Shown here: positions 38,935-51,790 of the stretch, one piece after another
Position numbering within the stretch: position 1 is the first letter of the stretch
How the letters are laid out: every line of letters begins with the position of its first letter
Source of the DNA: Hemiscyllium ocellatum
Lineage: Eukaryota
Assembly: GCF_020745735.1 (NCBI RefSeq)
Contig: NC_083430.1
Location: 39,484,909 to 39,548,908, forward strand
DNA: 64,000 bases
Direction: 5' to 3'
Notes under the pieces: generated by a model
Database searches by the model: none
Told to the model about the DNA's origin: nothing
The model's input: only the letters and a program-made list of their open reading frames with translations
Made by a program: the position numbers and the translations under genes

Positions 38935-40810
38935 GATCACAAAACCATAAAATATGGGTTCACAGCAGGCCATTCAGCCCACTGACTCTGTTCTGCCATT
39001 CAATAACATCATGGTTGATCTGATAAACCTTAACTCCACTTTTCTGCCTTTTCCCCATAACCTTGATATCCTTACTGATTAAAAATCTGTCTCTCTCAGC
39101 CTCAAATATACTTAGTGACCCAGCCTTGACTGGTCTTGGTGGTAAAGCATTTCACAGGTTCACAACCCTCAGAAAACATTCTGACTTATCTCTTTCTTAA
39201 ATGTGCAAACCCTTATTCTGAGATTATATCCTCTCATCATAAACTCTCCATCAAAGTGGAACAACCTTTCTTTTCTGCATCTGGATAGAGTGAATAGTCA
39301 AGGTTGTTTGCCTAGGGTAGGGAAGTCCAAATCTAAACTGCATAGGATTAAGATGAGAGGGGAAAGATTTAAAAAGGACCAAAGGGGTTTATTTTATCAT
39401 GTGGTATGTTTCTGAAATGAGCTGCCAGAGGTGGTGATGGTGGAGGCTGACACAATTACACCATTTAAAAGGCATCTGGATGGGTACATGAATTGGAAGG
39501 GTTTAGAAGGATATGGGCCAAATGCTGCAAATGGGACTAGATTAATTTTAATATATCTGGTCGGCACGGACAAGTTGGACCAAAGGGTCTGTTTCCAAGT
39601 TATACATCTCTATGACTTTACCCCATTAAGCCCCCCATGAATCTTGTACGTGTCAATAAGATTCTCTCTCATTTTTCTATATTCCAAAGAGTACAGGCTC
39701 AACCTCTCCTCATGAAACAGTCCCTCTATACCTGGCATCAGCCTAGTGAAAATTCTTTTGACTGCCTCCAATGCTATATCTTTCCTTCGATAAGGGGCCC
39801 AAAACTGTTCACATTCCAGCTGTGGTCTGACTAGCATCTTGTACAGTTTTAGTAATGCCTCCCTTCTTTTTATTCCAATCCTTTTGAAATAAATGGCAAC
39901 ATGTCATTTACCTCCTTTATTACCGACTGAACTCTGATGCTAGCTTTTGGTGATTCACACACTCCCGAAGGATTCTGAAATCCCTCTGTTTTGTAGCTTT
40001 CTGCAGTTTAAATAATAGTTAGTATTCTATTCTTTCTGCCATAGTGCATAATCTCACATTTCCCCACATTACATTTCATTTGCCAAATGTTTGCCCACTT
40101 GTTTAACCTAGCTATAACCCTTTCAGACCCTTGTCATCCTCACCATTTGTCCTCCTGTCTGTTTTTATGGCATTTACAAACTTGGCTAAAGTGCATTCCC
40201 TTTCCTCTTCCAAATCACTAACATATTATAAATGATTGTGGACTCAGCTCTGATCCCTGTAGCACAACACACATTACAGATTACCACCCTGAAAATAAAT
40301 TAGATTAGATTAGATTAGATTAGATTACTTACAGTGTGGAAACAGACCCTTCGGCCCAACAAGTCCACACCGACCCGCCGAAGCGCAACCCACCCATACC
40401 CCTACATTTACCCCTTACCTAACACTACGGGCAATTTAGCATGGCCAATTCACCTGACCCTCTTATCTTGTTATGTAGCCTAATGTACGATACCTAATCA
40501 AGTGCCTTCAAATCCAAATACATTATAGCTACTGCTTCTTCTTTACCTATATTGCTTGTTATCTCCTCAAAGAATTCTAATAATTTTGTTATTTCCACTT
40601 CATGAAGGCATGTCAACTCTGCTTGATTGTATTTTGCCTTTTTAAATGCTTTGCTATTACATTCTGTATAATAGACTCTACTATTTTCCCAATAACAGAC
40701 ATTAAGCTAACTGGCCTATATTTACCTACATTCTGTCTCCTTCCATTTCCAAATAAAAGGTATTACACTGATAGTTTTCCAATCCTCTGGGACTTATCCA
40801 TAATCTAAGG
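38935..40810 (-). mobile_element. Decayed CR1 (-) with a nested CR1 tail (+, about 39270-39620) and HE1 fragment (-, 40299-40460)
   Basis: LVRPQLECEQFWAPY ORF at 39610-39837. The nested pieces are recognised by their tails. Confidence 0.8.
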
Positions 40811-40969
40811 ATTGGTTCATCTCATTCCTAGGAATCTTCTTCCTTACTGAATTATGCCATTGCTGTGAGACATGAACAACGTCTTAAACATCTGCTATTG
40901 ACCGCTTTTGCTGCTAAACACCTTTTCTGAGTCACTCCAGCCAGCTCTGCACTCATTCCTTTGTAATTA

Positions 40970-41460
40970 CAAGTCAGGAGTGTGATGGAATACTGCCCTC
41001 TTTCCTGAATGAGTGCAGAACCAGTAACACTCAAGAAGCTTGGCACCATTCAGGACAAATCAGCCCCTGCTTGTTTGGAACCTCATCTGCCTCCTTCAAA
41101 ATTCATTCCTTTCACCATAGTACTGTACACACTATGTGTCGATTGCCAGATGCACCTAACAAACCTATGACCTCAATCAGATAGAAGGACAAGGGCAGCA
41201 GATGCATGGGAGCACCATGGCCTGCAAGGTCCTCTCCAAATCACACACCATCCTGAACTGGAAACATATTGCTGTCCCTTCACTGTGGCTGGGTCAAAAT
41301 CCTGGAACTTCCTCTCTAACAGCACTGTGGGTTAACTATACTACATTGGCTGCAGTGGTTTAAGAAGGCACCAAACTTACCACCATCTCCTCAATGGCAA
41401 TTAAGAATGAGCAGTTAATGTTGTTCGAGCTAGCTACATCCACATCTATGAACAAGTTTT
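40970..41460 (+). mobile_element. 3' fragment of the CR1/L2-type family seen at 2785-4590; further copies at 42680-43270 and 58920-59195
   Basis: Shared blocks caagtcaggagtgtgatggaatact, agaaggacaagggcagcaga and tcaaaatcctggaac...aacagcactgtggg. Confidence 0.7.
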
Positions 41461-41869
41461 TGAAAAAGTATCCAGAATGGTGGCAGAAGTCCCAAACTTT
41501 GAGACCACCCCTGACATGAAGCAGAATGCTCAGGTGGACCACACATCAACCACACCCTGCTCACTGCCAATTCAAGTGATTCAAAGCAAACCGGTTCTGC
41601 AGGGACTGGAAAACTGATTTTATCGCTGCACTGACTGCAAATGAATGAACAGGTTTCTTTCAGACACATGTTCTGGAATAGATTGAGAAGGAGTGATGGG
41701 GCAGAGTCAGAGGGATTGTTCGATGCACAGCAAAGTCCCTGACAGGGGTCTGAAGGAATAGAGGGAAATCCCCAACAGGGAACAGATGATGAGGGATTGA
41801 GTGGATGTGGGTAGTTGATGGTGACCAGCAGAGATTGCCGAGGCAGGTTTGGTCATTGATTGAAATAAA

Positions 41870-42090
41870 ATAAAGGTGCTGGAAATCTGAAGCAAAAACA
41901 GAAAATTGCTGGAGAAACTCAGCAGGTCTGGCTACATCTGCAGAGAGAAAGCATAATTAATGTTTTGAGTCCAGTGACTCTACTTCAGAACTGTTTCTGG
42001 AGATGATTCACTGGATTTGAAATGTTACGGTTTTCTCTACACAGATGCTACCAAACTTGCTGAGTTTCTTCAGTAATTTCTGTTTTTGCT
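41870..42090. mobile_element. PLE-derived fold-back element
   Basis: Inverted arms agcaaaaacagaaaattgctggagaaactcagcagg and ttgctgagtttcttcagtaatttctgtttttgct. Confidence 0.7.
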
Positions 42091-45000
42091 CATTGCTTAC
42101 CCTGTGTTATACTGGTTTCCTACAGCATAACAATTTGTGAAGCAGTTTAACAGCTTCCAATCCTCAGCATCCCAGGTGCACTCTCATTGAACAGTAAAAT
42201 ACACAGATAAACCATTATGTTCTTTCACTGATGTTTGAAGATGGCAGCAAAATTATAAGGCAGTTTAAAAATCATACAAGATTTGTAATTACTGAAGTCA
42301 AAAATGAACAAGTCATGCTAAATTAAGGGATATGGGAACGTACAGGTAAGTGGCATTGAAATACCCGTCAGTCATGATTGAATGGCGGAATGGACTCGAT
42401 GGGCCGAATGACCTTACTTCCACTCCTATTTCTTATGGTCTTAAAATGACACGTCAGAGCTTAGCTGGAGTATTTTACAATTCTAGACACCATAATTTAG
42501 CTAAATAGGAAATAGGAGCAGTTGACAATTAGGTCTATTAGGTCCACTCTACTTTTCAACATGATCATGGCTGACAGTATATTTAAATACCATATTTCAT
42601 CTCTCTCCCTCTCTCTCTCTCTATCCCTAACATCTTTAATCTCTAGGAATCTATTTCTTTAGCACATGTATTCACTAGCCATATAAATACAGTGGCTACA
42701 AGAGCAGGTCAGAGGCTAGGAATACTGCAGTAAATAACTCACTGCCTGACTCCCCAGAACTTGTCTGCCAACTAAAAGGCATAAGGCAACAGTGTGATGG
42801 AATACTCCTCACTTGCATGGATCAATGCAGCTTCAATGTCACTCAAGAGGCTTCACATTATCCAGGACAAGGCAGCCTGCTTGAACAGCACCTTATCCAC
42901 AAGAATCACTTCCTCAACCACCAATTCTCAGTAGCAGCAGTGTGTACCATTTGCAAAACATACTGCAGAAATTTAGCAGGGTTGCGTTGACAGCACCTTT
43001 CAAGCCCACAACCACTTGCATCTAGAATGAAAGGGCAGCAGATACATGGGAACATCTCCACCTGCATGTTGTCCTCCAAGACCTAGAGGAAGAGACTTGA
43101 AAATATATCGCTGTTCCTTTCGTACAACTGGGTCAAGAGATTGTGGAATTCCCTCCCTAACAGCATTGTGGGTCTACGAGAGCATGTGGACTACTCTGCT
43201 TCAAGAAGACAGCTTCTCAAGGGCAACTGGGCAAAAAATGATGTCAGTGATGTCCACATCCATGAAAGAATGTTTTTAAAGTCAGAGACTCTGCCTCCAC
43301 AGCCTTTGATGGCAGGAATTACATAGATTTACAACTCTCTGAAGCAAAGGAATAATCCCTCACTTCAGTCTGAAATAGCCTCTGCACAGCCTGAGACTAT
43401 GACACTTTGTTCTGGAAGCCCCCAGCCAAGTACAGAGAAGAGGATCTTTATGTAAGGAGATTGGACAAAATAGTGTTCTTCCCTGTAGAGCAGAGAAGGA
43501 GAAGGGGGAATCTATAGAGGAATTCAAAATATGAAGTGGTTTTGACAGAGGGGAGAAGGGAACACTTCCCTTTGGCAAGTCAGTTACCAGAATTACCAGA
43601 TTTAAAATAATTGGCAAAAGTACTGGACAGGAAACATAGAAACTGAGAAAACAGAAGCACGAGTAGGCCATTCAGCCCTTCAAGCCTTCTCCGCCATTCA
43701 AGATGTTCATGGCTGATCATTCAATTCAGTGCACTCTTCCCACTTGCCCCCTACATCATTCAATCCCTTTAGCCCCCAACAACTACCTATAACTGAGGAG
43801 ACTAAATTAGGAGAAATGTTTTCACACAGAGGTTGGGGTTGTTATCTGGACTTAAGGGTAGTGGAAGTAACATCCACAGGAGATTTCAAGAGGCAACTGG
43901 ATGTAAAGTTAAAGATGACTAATTTGCAGGGTAATGGGGAAAACAAAGAGAGGTGTGTATCTAAAATGGACAGATCTTTCAAAGAGCTGGCACAGACATC
44001 ATTGTGGACTGAATGGTTTCCTCCTGCACTGTATAATTGTATGATTCTGCACCTGTGGGCATTTGTTACTAAACCGGTTTCTGATGACTAATATATATGC
44101 AGACTGTTCAAAATTCTAATCCATGCCCGGGGCAATCAAGGCTGTTACTCACTGTTGTTTTAATAACACAAAGATTTGAAAACATAAAGGAAAATTGCAG
44201 CAAATCAGCTTCCCACTCAACAGCTACTTACATTTCAATAGCACTTTCAACGTGAAAAAAAACCTGCATGTACCTTAAAGACAAAACGAGGACCCCATAT
44301 CAAAGAACGATGCTGGGAGTGGTTTTAAAGAGGGAAGAAAGGTTAAAAGGCCAAGACAGCAATGGTGGAGCAAAGAGGAATGGGAGATGCACAACCGACA
44401 AAACTAGAGGAATGCAGAGATCTGAGAGGTGTATGGTTGGAGGAGGTTACAAAGACGGGGACCAATGAGGCCAGGGAGGGATTGAAAGCATTGCTGATAA
44501 TTTTACTCAAGGCATTGGTCAAATGATAGGCATTATAGGTCAGTAAGCACAGGAATACTGAAAGAATAAGACTGTCCTAAGTTAGGATATGGAAATTGAC
44601 AGACGGTGAAAGAAGAGTTTGCTGAGGATAGCATGTAGATTTGTGGTCAAGTATAGATACTTGGGGGCGCTTCTGTTATAACTGACAGAAGCCTAAGGAC
44701 ACACAATAGTCTGGCCATGATCAGACCTGGTAAAAGTGAAGCCATTGAACTGGACAGTGGAAAGGGAGATAAGGAGGGGCAGAGTCAGATAGGATGCCAT
44801 CTGTGACTTTGACTCAGACCAGGAGCTCGTTGACAGGGGAAAAGGTTTGAATATCCCAAGACATTTTTTTTCCTGGCTTTGGATCTAAAAGTTTGAATTT
44901 AAGGAGAGACATTCTCGCATTGGATGCAGTTTAGATCGAAAGATTCACTAAGTTGAATCCTGGAATGAAGAGATTTCTTATGATGAAAGGTTGTGCAGGT

Positions 45001-45229
45001 TTAGTCAATTATTTTTGGAGTTTAGAAGAATGTGAGGTGATCCTGTTGAAACATGAAAGAATCTGAGAGGACTTAACAGGGTAGATGCTGAGAAGGTGTT
45101 ACCCTCAGAAGGGATGCCGGAACCTCAGGTTCGGGTACAGTGCGTGCGTGCAGGTGTGCAAGGATTTAGAAGTAATAAATTTACAAATAGTTGTTTGATA
45201 ATACTGATCTTGAATATTGCTAATAAACT

Positions 45230-45485
45230 ATACATTTTGTGAAAGCTTTTCATCTTGCACTCATCAGGACAATTTGCAAGAATAACAATTCAAGGAGAAA
45301 TCCAACATTTATACTGCATAAGAGGAGTGTGTTGATTGGTTGGCAAGTGGACTCTGATTTGTAGAGGCATTGCTATGGATAATGCATGATTAATGCTTAT
45401 CGACAGTTAACAGCCAGGTTTTGTTTAAATTTTAAACTAGGCAGGTTGACTGATTGGTCAAGGCATTGCAATAAGAATTGAACAA
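45230..45485 (-). mobile_element. PLE terminal fragment (third family) with degenerate hammerhead motif
   Basis: Minus strand 45270-45241 reads GTC-CTGATGA-GTGCAAGAT-GAAA-AGCTTTC. Confidence 0.55.
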
Positions 45486-46730
45486 GTCAGTCAAGTGACA
45501 CACAGAAAAATGGAGTTAAGGCAACATCAGATCAGCCAAGATCTTATTGACTGGCAAAGTAGCCCTGAGGGTCAAAATAGCCTACTCCTGAGTATATTCA
45601 TGATCTTATGCGCAAGGCAGAGATTAGCAGAGTGGGATTAAGTATCTTTGCAATCAAATATATATGAAGTTCTCAGACTTTGGGATACAGGGCTCAATTT
45701 TGAATTGGCAGAGGATGCAAAATGTGGAATTGTAGCAAATAGTAAGGACAATAATAAACTGACAGGCTGATACAACAGGCGTTAGATGAAATTCACTGCA
45801 GAGGGAAGGTGTGACACATTTTAGGAGAAAAAAAATTGAAGAGACAATGCATGACAAATTGCACATTTTTTAAAGAAAGGGCAGACATAGCAGTGTTTAT
45901 ATACAAATCTTATAAACTAGCTTTATAAGTGGAGACATACAGTATACGAGCATAGGAGTTACGTTAAACTGTAACATAAAACAGTAGTTTGGCACCAACA
46001 CAGGATTCCTGTGTCCAGTTTTAGGTTCCACACTTTGATAAAGACATGACAGTGACTCTGGGAAAAGGGAATTATAGTTCAGTGGATAGAGTGGAGACGC
46101 TGGGGTTGTTCACATTAAAGCAAACTGGGAGGAGATTTGATGGATGTATTTTAAAATCATGAGAAATGTAGCTAGTGCAGATAAGAGACTATTTCCAAAG
46201 ACTGAAGGATTGGAAATTCAGAGAGCATGGATTCAAAGTGATTGGCTACAGAATCAGAGGCAATTTAAGAAAAAAATTAGGATTTTGAATTCATTGCCTG
46301 TCAAGGGGAAGAACATATGACAACTTTCAAATGGAAACTGAATAAATACTTGAAACTTTTTAAAAAATTGGAATAAGAGGAAGTGGGCCCACCTGAATTG
46401 CTCAAGAACTAAAGCATTCCCAATGACACAGAGATAGATGACATCCAGTTGAGGGGGCTATTGTAGTTTCAGTTCATTTCTCACCTTAAAGGCCAAACTT
46501 TTGACACAGTGTAGTGCACCCTCCATACCACACTGAAAGTGATTATGCAGTTCAGTCAATGGAGTTATACTTGAACTCAGAACCTACTGACTCAAAGACT
46601 ACTATATTTCTCCCTCCATACACTATACTGCCTGACCTGCTGAGTGTTTCCAGCATTGTCCCCTGTTATTTCAGACTTCCACCATTCATGGTACTTGCCT
46701 TCTTTTAAAATATTTGCAGATTTCAAAATC

Positions 46731-47246
46731 TCTGTTGTGGTTCTGTTCGCCGAGCTGGGAATTTGTGTTGCAGAAGTTTCGTTCCCTGTCTAGGTGACAT
46801 CCTCAGTGCTTGGGAGCCTCCTATGAAGCGCTTCTGTGATATTTCCTTCGGCAATTATGGTGGTTTGTCTCTGCCGCTTCCGGTTGTCAGTTCCAGCTGT
46901 CCACTACTGGGACAACACTACTATTATAGGATAAGCCAAACAGAGAACAGCCGGAGAATTCCTAGAGGCATGGCACGAATCCACAGATTCAATCAATAAG
47001 CAAATCAACCTAGACCCAATATGCTGACCACTGCAACGGACAGCTGGAACTGACAACCGGAAGCGGCAGAGACAAACCACTATAAATGCCGGAGGAAATA
47101 TCACAGAAGCGCTTCACAGGAGGCTCCCAAGCACAGAGGGTGTCACCTAAACAGGGGATGAAATGTCTGCAACACAAATTCCCAGCTCGGCAAACAGAAC
47201 CACAACAATGAGCACCCGAGCTACAAATTTTCTCACAAACTTTAAA
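46731..47246 (+). mobile_element. 5'-truncated Penelope-like element with inverted pLTR and 9-bp TSD
   Basis: About 170-bp inverted arms (46733-46902 and 47038-47207). The central frame from 46908 reads WDNTTIIG*AKQRTAGEFLEAWH..SINKQINLDP (PLE GIY-YIG C-terminus). TSD TTCAAAATC at 46722-46730 and 47247-47255. Confidence 0.88.
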
Positions 47247-48276
47247 TTCAAAATCCCTTTCATGAGAGAGAAAAACGTGTACAATTTATACAGCATTTTT
47301 CAAACCTAAGTTTGAAAAGAGCTTTACAATCAATGAGTAACTTGCAAGGTGTAGTTCCTAGTCTCTTCCTATCCACTGCAGCACCAATACCAGGGACCAT
47401 TACAATACACAGGCCGAAGTTTCAGTTGTCTTACCCTCTGCTGTGGGGTGATGTGATTCAATTTAAATATGTTTACACCATGCAGGAAAGTTCAGGAGCT
47501 GAGCATGTCTGTCCATCTCTTAGAACAATTTTCTCATCAAATTCCACAATATTTCAGTTAGCCCAACACTTGTAGCAATAAATTATATTTATGTAACACC
47601 TTTAACAAAGTAAACAGGTGTCTTTAGAAAATTATTTCAAACATCATGACACAGCTGAATATTAAACTGACAGGCTTGTTTCAGGAACCAGACAAGAATA
47701 CCAGAGCAAAGCGTGGTAAAAGAACAGAAAGTGTTAAGATGACAGGTATTCGCATTTCAAATGGATGGACAGGCAAGTGGAAAGATTCTAAGATGTCACA
47801 GTCAGTCAATTATTGATAGCTGGCCCTTGAAGTCTAGGCCCTTTCCCAGACACCCAGACACCCAGTTCAGTTATCCAGTCCTGTCATAGACCCTGCCATT
47901 ACCAAACTGGAAAAGGTGCAAAAATAAATTCATTTGGATGATAATCCTATCTGAAAGGTCACACTATAAAGAAAGATTGAACAGCCCGCGTTTTTTTTGT
48001 AAAAAAAAGAGTTAACTTGATAGAAGTCCATGAAAAGGTTTAAGCAGGCAGACGCAGAGAAGTGGTTTCCAATTGTGAGTGTGACCAGATTTAGAGGTCA
48101 TAAATATACCAAAAGCAAACTATTGCAGATGCTGGACATCTGAAATAAAAACAAAAAAAAAGTTCAAAATAGTCAGCAGATCAAGAAACATCTGCAGAGA
48201 GAAACAGAGTCAATATTTCAGATCATGACTATCCTTCATGAAAAAGAGTCTGATGACATTAAGTAAAATAGAATTT

Positions 48277-48624
48277 CAGAGGATCCCTACAGTGTGGAAA
48301 AAGGCCCTTCGGCCCAACAAGTCCACACCGATCCTCCGAAGAGTATTCCACCCAAACCCATTCCCTTATCCTGTTACTCTGTATTCTACCCCTGACTAAT
48401 GCACCTAACCTACACATTCCTGAACACAATGGGCAATTTAGCATGGCCAATTCACCTAACCTACAAACCTTTGGATTGTGGGAGGAAACCGGAGCACCCA
48501 GAGGAAACCCACGCAGACACAGGGAGAATGTGCAAACTCCACACAGACAGTCACCAAGCTAGAATTGAACCTGAGTTCCTGGCATTGTGAGGCAGCAGTG
48601 CTAACCGCTGAGCCACCATGCTGC
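48277..48624 (-). mobile_element. Full-length HE1-type V-SINE, different subfamily
   Basis: tRNA head at about 48624, V-domain, and a longer linker than the 27-kb copies. Confidence 0.85.
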
Positions 48625-50019
48625 AAATGTTATCTGTTTTTCACTCTCCACATAATATTACCAGTATTTTATGTTTTAGGCTGTAAACAATTGCTAATTA
48701 TTTGGGGAATTCATAAAGACCTTCTTTATACTGAGTGATTTGAAAGTGGGACTTAGTTGTACAGGAAGTAGTTGAGATAAATTACACAGATGCAATCAAG
48801 TGGAACCTAGATAAACATGAGACAGAATGGAGTTGATGATAGGCTGATAGAGTTTGATGAAGACGACTTGTTTGAAGTATAAAGCTCAGTATAGATCTGT
48901 GAAATGAATGAGCTATTCATATGCTGTACTAAGAATGACACTACCTCGCCTCAGAATACTGATTGGAAGTGCAAGTGGACACATTGAGTCAATTAGATGG
49001 AGAACTGGATTCAGAGTTTTTGTCTGCCTCTAATGATAAACATCATCAATAAATTCCCAGATCTTGGGATACGCACCACCTTCCCCTCTCTAAAGTAACA
49101 ACATGGGTTCTGTCGAACTGGCAAAAATAGCTTTGAACATATAATTCACTTGTCCACACCAACTCATCAAAATCTCTCTTGAGCACCAGCATATGAAAAA
49201 AGCTTCCCTTGGTGAGCTGGATATAAAATCCTTGCTATGATTGGTAACGGAAATGCCCCTGTTACTTTCAGTAGTGACAGGCTAAAAATTGTGTGATTCG
49301 AGGGCCTAGAATCACTGGAAGTGAACTCATAGCTGTCAAAAATAACTAGAAATGATATTGAAGGGAGCACGGTGCAGATTCACCAGAACGTTGGCCTTTC
49401 CAACAAGGAGGATGGAGTATAAGAGTGGGAAATCTGGCTAAAATTGTGCAGGACAGTGGTGAGACTGCACCTAGAGAACATTTAGAGAATGGGATGAGGT
49501 CTTTTGCTTATGAGGAAAGGTTAGACAAAAACACACTGCAACTTTGAAAACCTTTGAGGAGATCTTATTGAACCCTGTAACATTCTGATGGGGCTTAACA
49601 GGGGGGTGGGATAGCCAATATCTAAAATTGGGGGCTACGGTTTATAATTCAGACAACGCACATTTAAGAACAAAATAAGGAGGAATTTCTTTTAGAGGGT
49701 CGTTAGCCTCAGAATTCTGTCTCCCAGACAATGCAGTGATTGTGCACATTCAAAGTTGAGATGAATTCTGACTTACAAGGGAGTGAAGGCAAACGGGCCA
49801 GAGAAAGTGCTCAGACTGCAATTAGTTCACGCGATTGAAGGAGAAGGGGGACAGCAGGGGCTGGAGGAGCCGAATGGCTTAGTCTTGTACTTATTTATGA
49901 TCTTCATTCCCTCTCTGTTCGACCTTCCTTCTCCCTCAGTTACACATCCAGCGTCGATGCTCAACGTCGAGCTGAGAGCGAAAAGTTTAACCAGAAACAA
50001 AACTTCCCAGAGTTTGTGG

Positions 50020-50260
50020 CGGGGCCTCGGGTTCCGGTTCCTTACCATAACACGGTGCTGGTGCTGGTGCTGGGGCCGGGACCGGGGTCTCGCTCGGACC
50101 ACCCCCGCCGCCTCTGTCCGGCACTGGCCCCGGACTGTAGCCGCGATCCCGAACCCCGTTCCCAATCCCGGTGGGTCCTCACCTGGGCCAGGTAAACCCT
50201 GACGTCACTTGCTGCTCCAGGAAGGACTAAATGAAACAGGAAACGCGATTCAATATATAA
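50020..50260 (-). promoter_or_regulatory. KDF1: CpG-rich putative KDF1 promoter and non-coding exon 1
   Basis: The most obvious CpG-dense patch upstream of KDF1. Minus-strand donors ATG|GTAAG (exon end 50046) and CAG|GTGAG (exon end 50183). CRE TGACGTCA at 50200-50207, E-boxes CACCTG 50180-50185 and CAGGTA 50189-50194, ETS CAGGAAG 50218-50224. The ATG-bearing exon has an upstream acceptor, so a 5' non-coding exon is required. Confidence 0.6.
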
Positions 50261-51244
50261 AAAAAACCCAAGGTAAAAGGGGGAGTAGTTTGTACAATGT
50301 GTTACACTATTTATGGAATAAAACAGATCATTCGGTGTAACGGCACCATCTCGGCAAATCCACTTGTACCTCTCTATCATTTCCATTACTCCCTTGTTGG
50401 AATTCTGTCTGACTCCTCTTAACTGTATCCAGAGGGTTTGCCTTCACCTTGGTAATATGTTCCACAGTCTGGCCTCCACTTGAGCAAGAAAGTTTCTCCT
50501 GCGAATGTATTAGTAAGTATCCCTGGTTCTGGTTCTCACCAGCAAATTTCTATTTCCAACCTACTATATACTTCATAATCCAAAAATGTCTAGGTCAGCC
50601 TTCCATTCAGTCTTTCTTTGGTGGGTAGAGGTTCAATCCCAATATTTACTGACAAGTACAACCTTTCAATCATAGATTCATTCCCATCAATGTTTTTGCA
50701 TCTTCTATTGCAGCTCTCTCTAGATCCTTCTATGGAGATATGTGCTTAGTCCACCATGAGTAGTCAAACAAGATCCTAAACAAGTTTACAGTAACTTTCT
50801 CACTTTTCAATTTCATCCCTCTTGAAATTAGCTTACAGCATTGCTTGCTATTTTTATGGTTTCATTAAGTTCCATTGCTATTTTTATGATTTGTTCTGTC
50901 CCAGATCTCTTTTTCAACTGATTCCAAGGAGTATGTGAATTTCCTTACAAACGTACCACCTCAGAAGTCTCCATATTGATGTATTTTGCCATACACTCAT
51001 TCTGCCAGTTATTAATATCTGCTGTATTTGGGGCAACCCTTCTTTGTCTTCATGATATCCAGATCATTTGTAAAGTTTTAAATTGTCTTTCTGATTCCTT
51101 TGCACAAATCATTTGTGAATGGTGAACAACAATGTTGATCCCTGAGAAATATCAATTCCCACCTTTTGCAATCTACCTTTGACTTCTACTTTCTGTTTAG
51201 TTTTCTCCATTCTGCAATTAATCCATGATTGTACACGTTCAGTA

Positions 51245-51790
51245 CCCATGGGGATGGCCTCAACCGGGATCTTGGGTTCATGTCACTCTGCAGGTGACCC
51301 CACCACACTCTCCACTCTCTCTCACACACACACAAGCATACATAAATGCACTCACATACCCCCTCTCATGCACACACTCTCACAGGCATAAACTCCATTA
51401 CACTCAAGCACATGCTTTCTCAAGCACGCACACACACACTCTCTCTCTCTCCCCCTCACATACATGTGGACACACACTCTGTCATTCTCTCTCCCAAGCG
51501 CACACACACTTTCCCTTTCTCCCTCACCCACACACACGCGCACACACACACAAACATCCATATAAGTCTATGGGGTGAATTTGCATTTGCAGATTTGTAT
51601 TTGTAGATACATTCTATTTTGTTCAAAAAGCACACAATCTGTAGACAGTTAGTCAATGTGACATTTTATAAATACCTACTTTGAAAATAAAACCATTCCC
51701 CATTCTAAGTGGTTAAAGACTTAACAGCCATCTAGAGTTGTCTAGTACATCACATCAGTGGGAAGACAATTGTTCCTGCTGTTTCAAAAA
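51245..51790 (+). mobile_element. PLE 3' portion with CA/CT-rich microsatellite region
   Basis: DGLNRDLGFMSLCR* (GIY-YIG C-terminal GLNRD motif) followed by a (CA)/(CT)-rich stretch at about 51300-51555. Confidence 0.6.

Noticed and set aside
49783-50386. ORFs over the CpG patch
   Set aside because: No homology recognised; expected in GC-rich promoter sequence.
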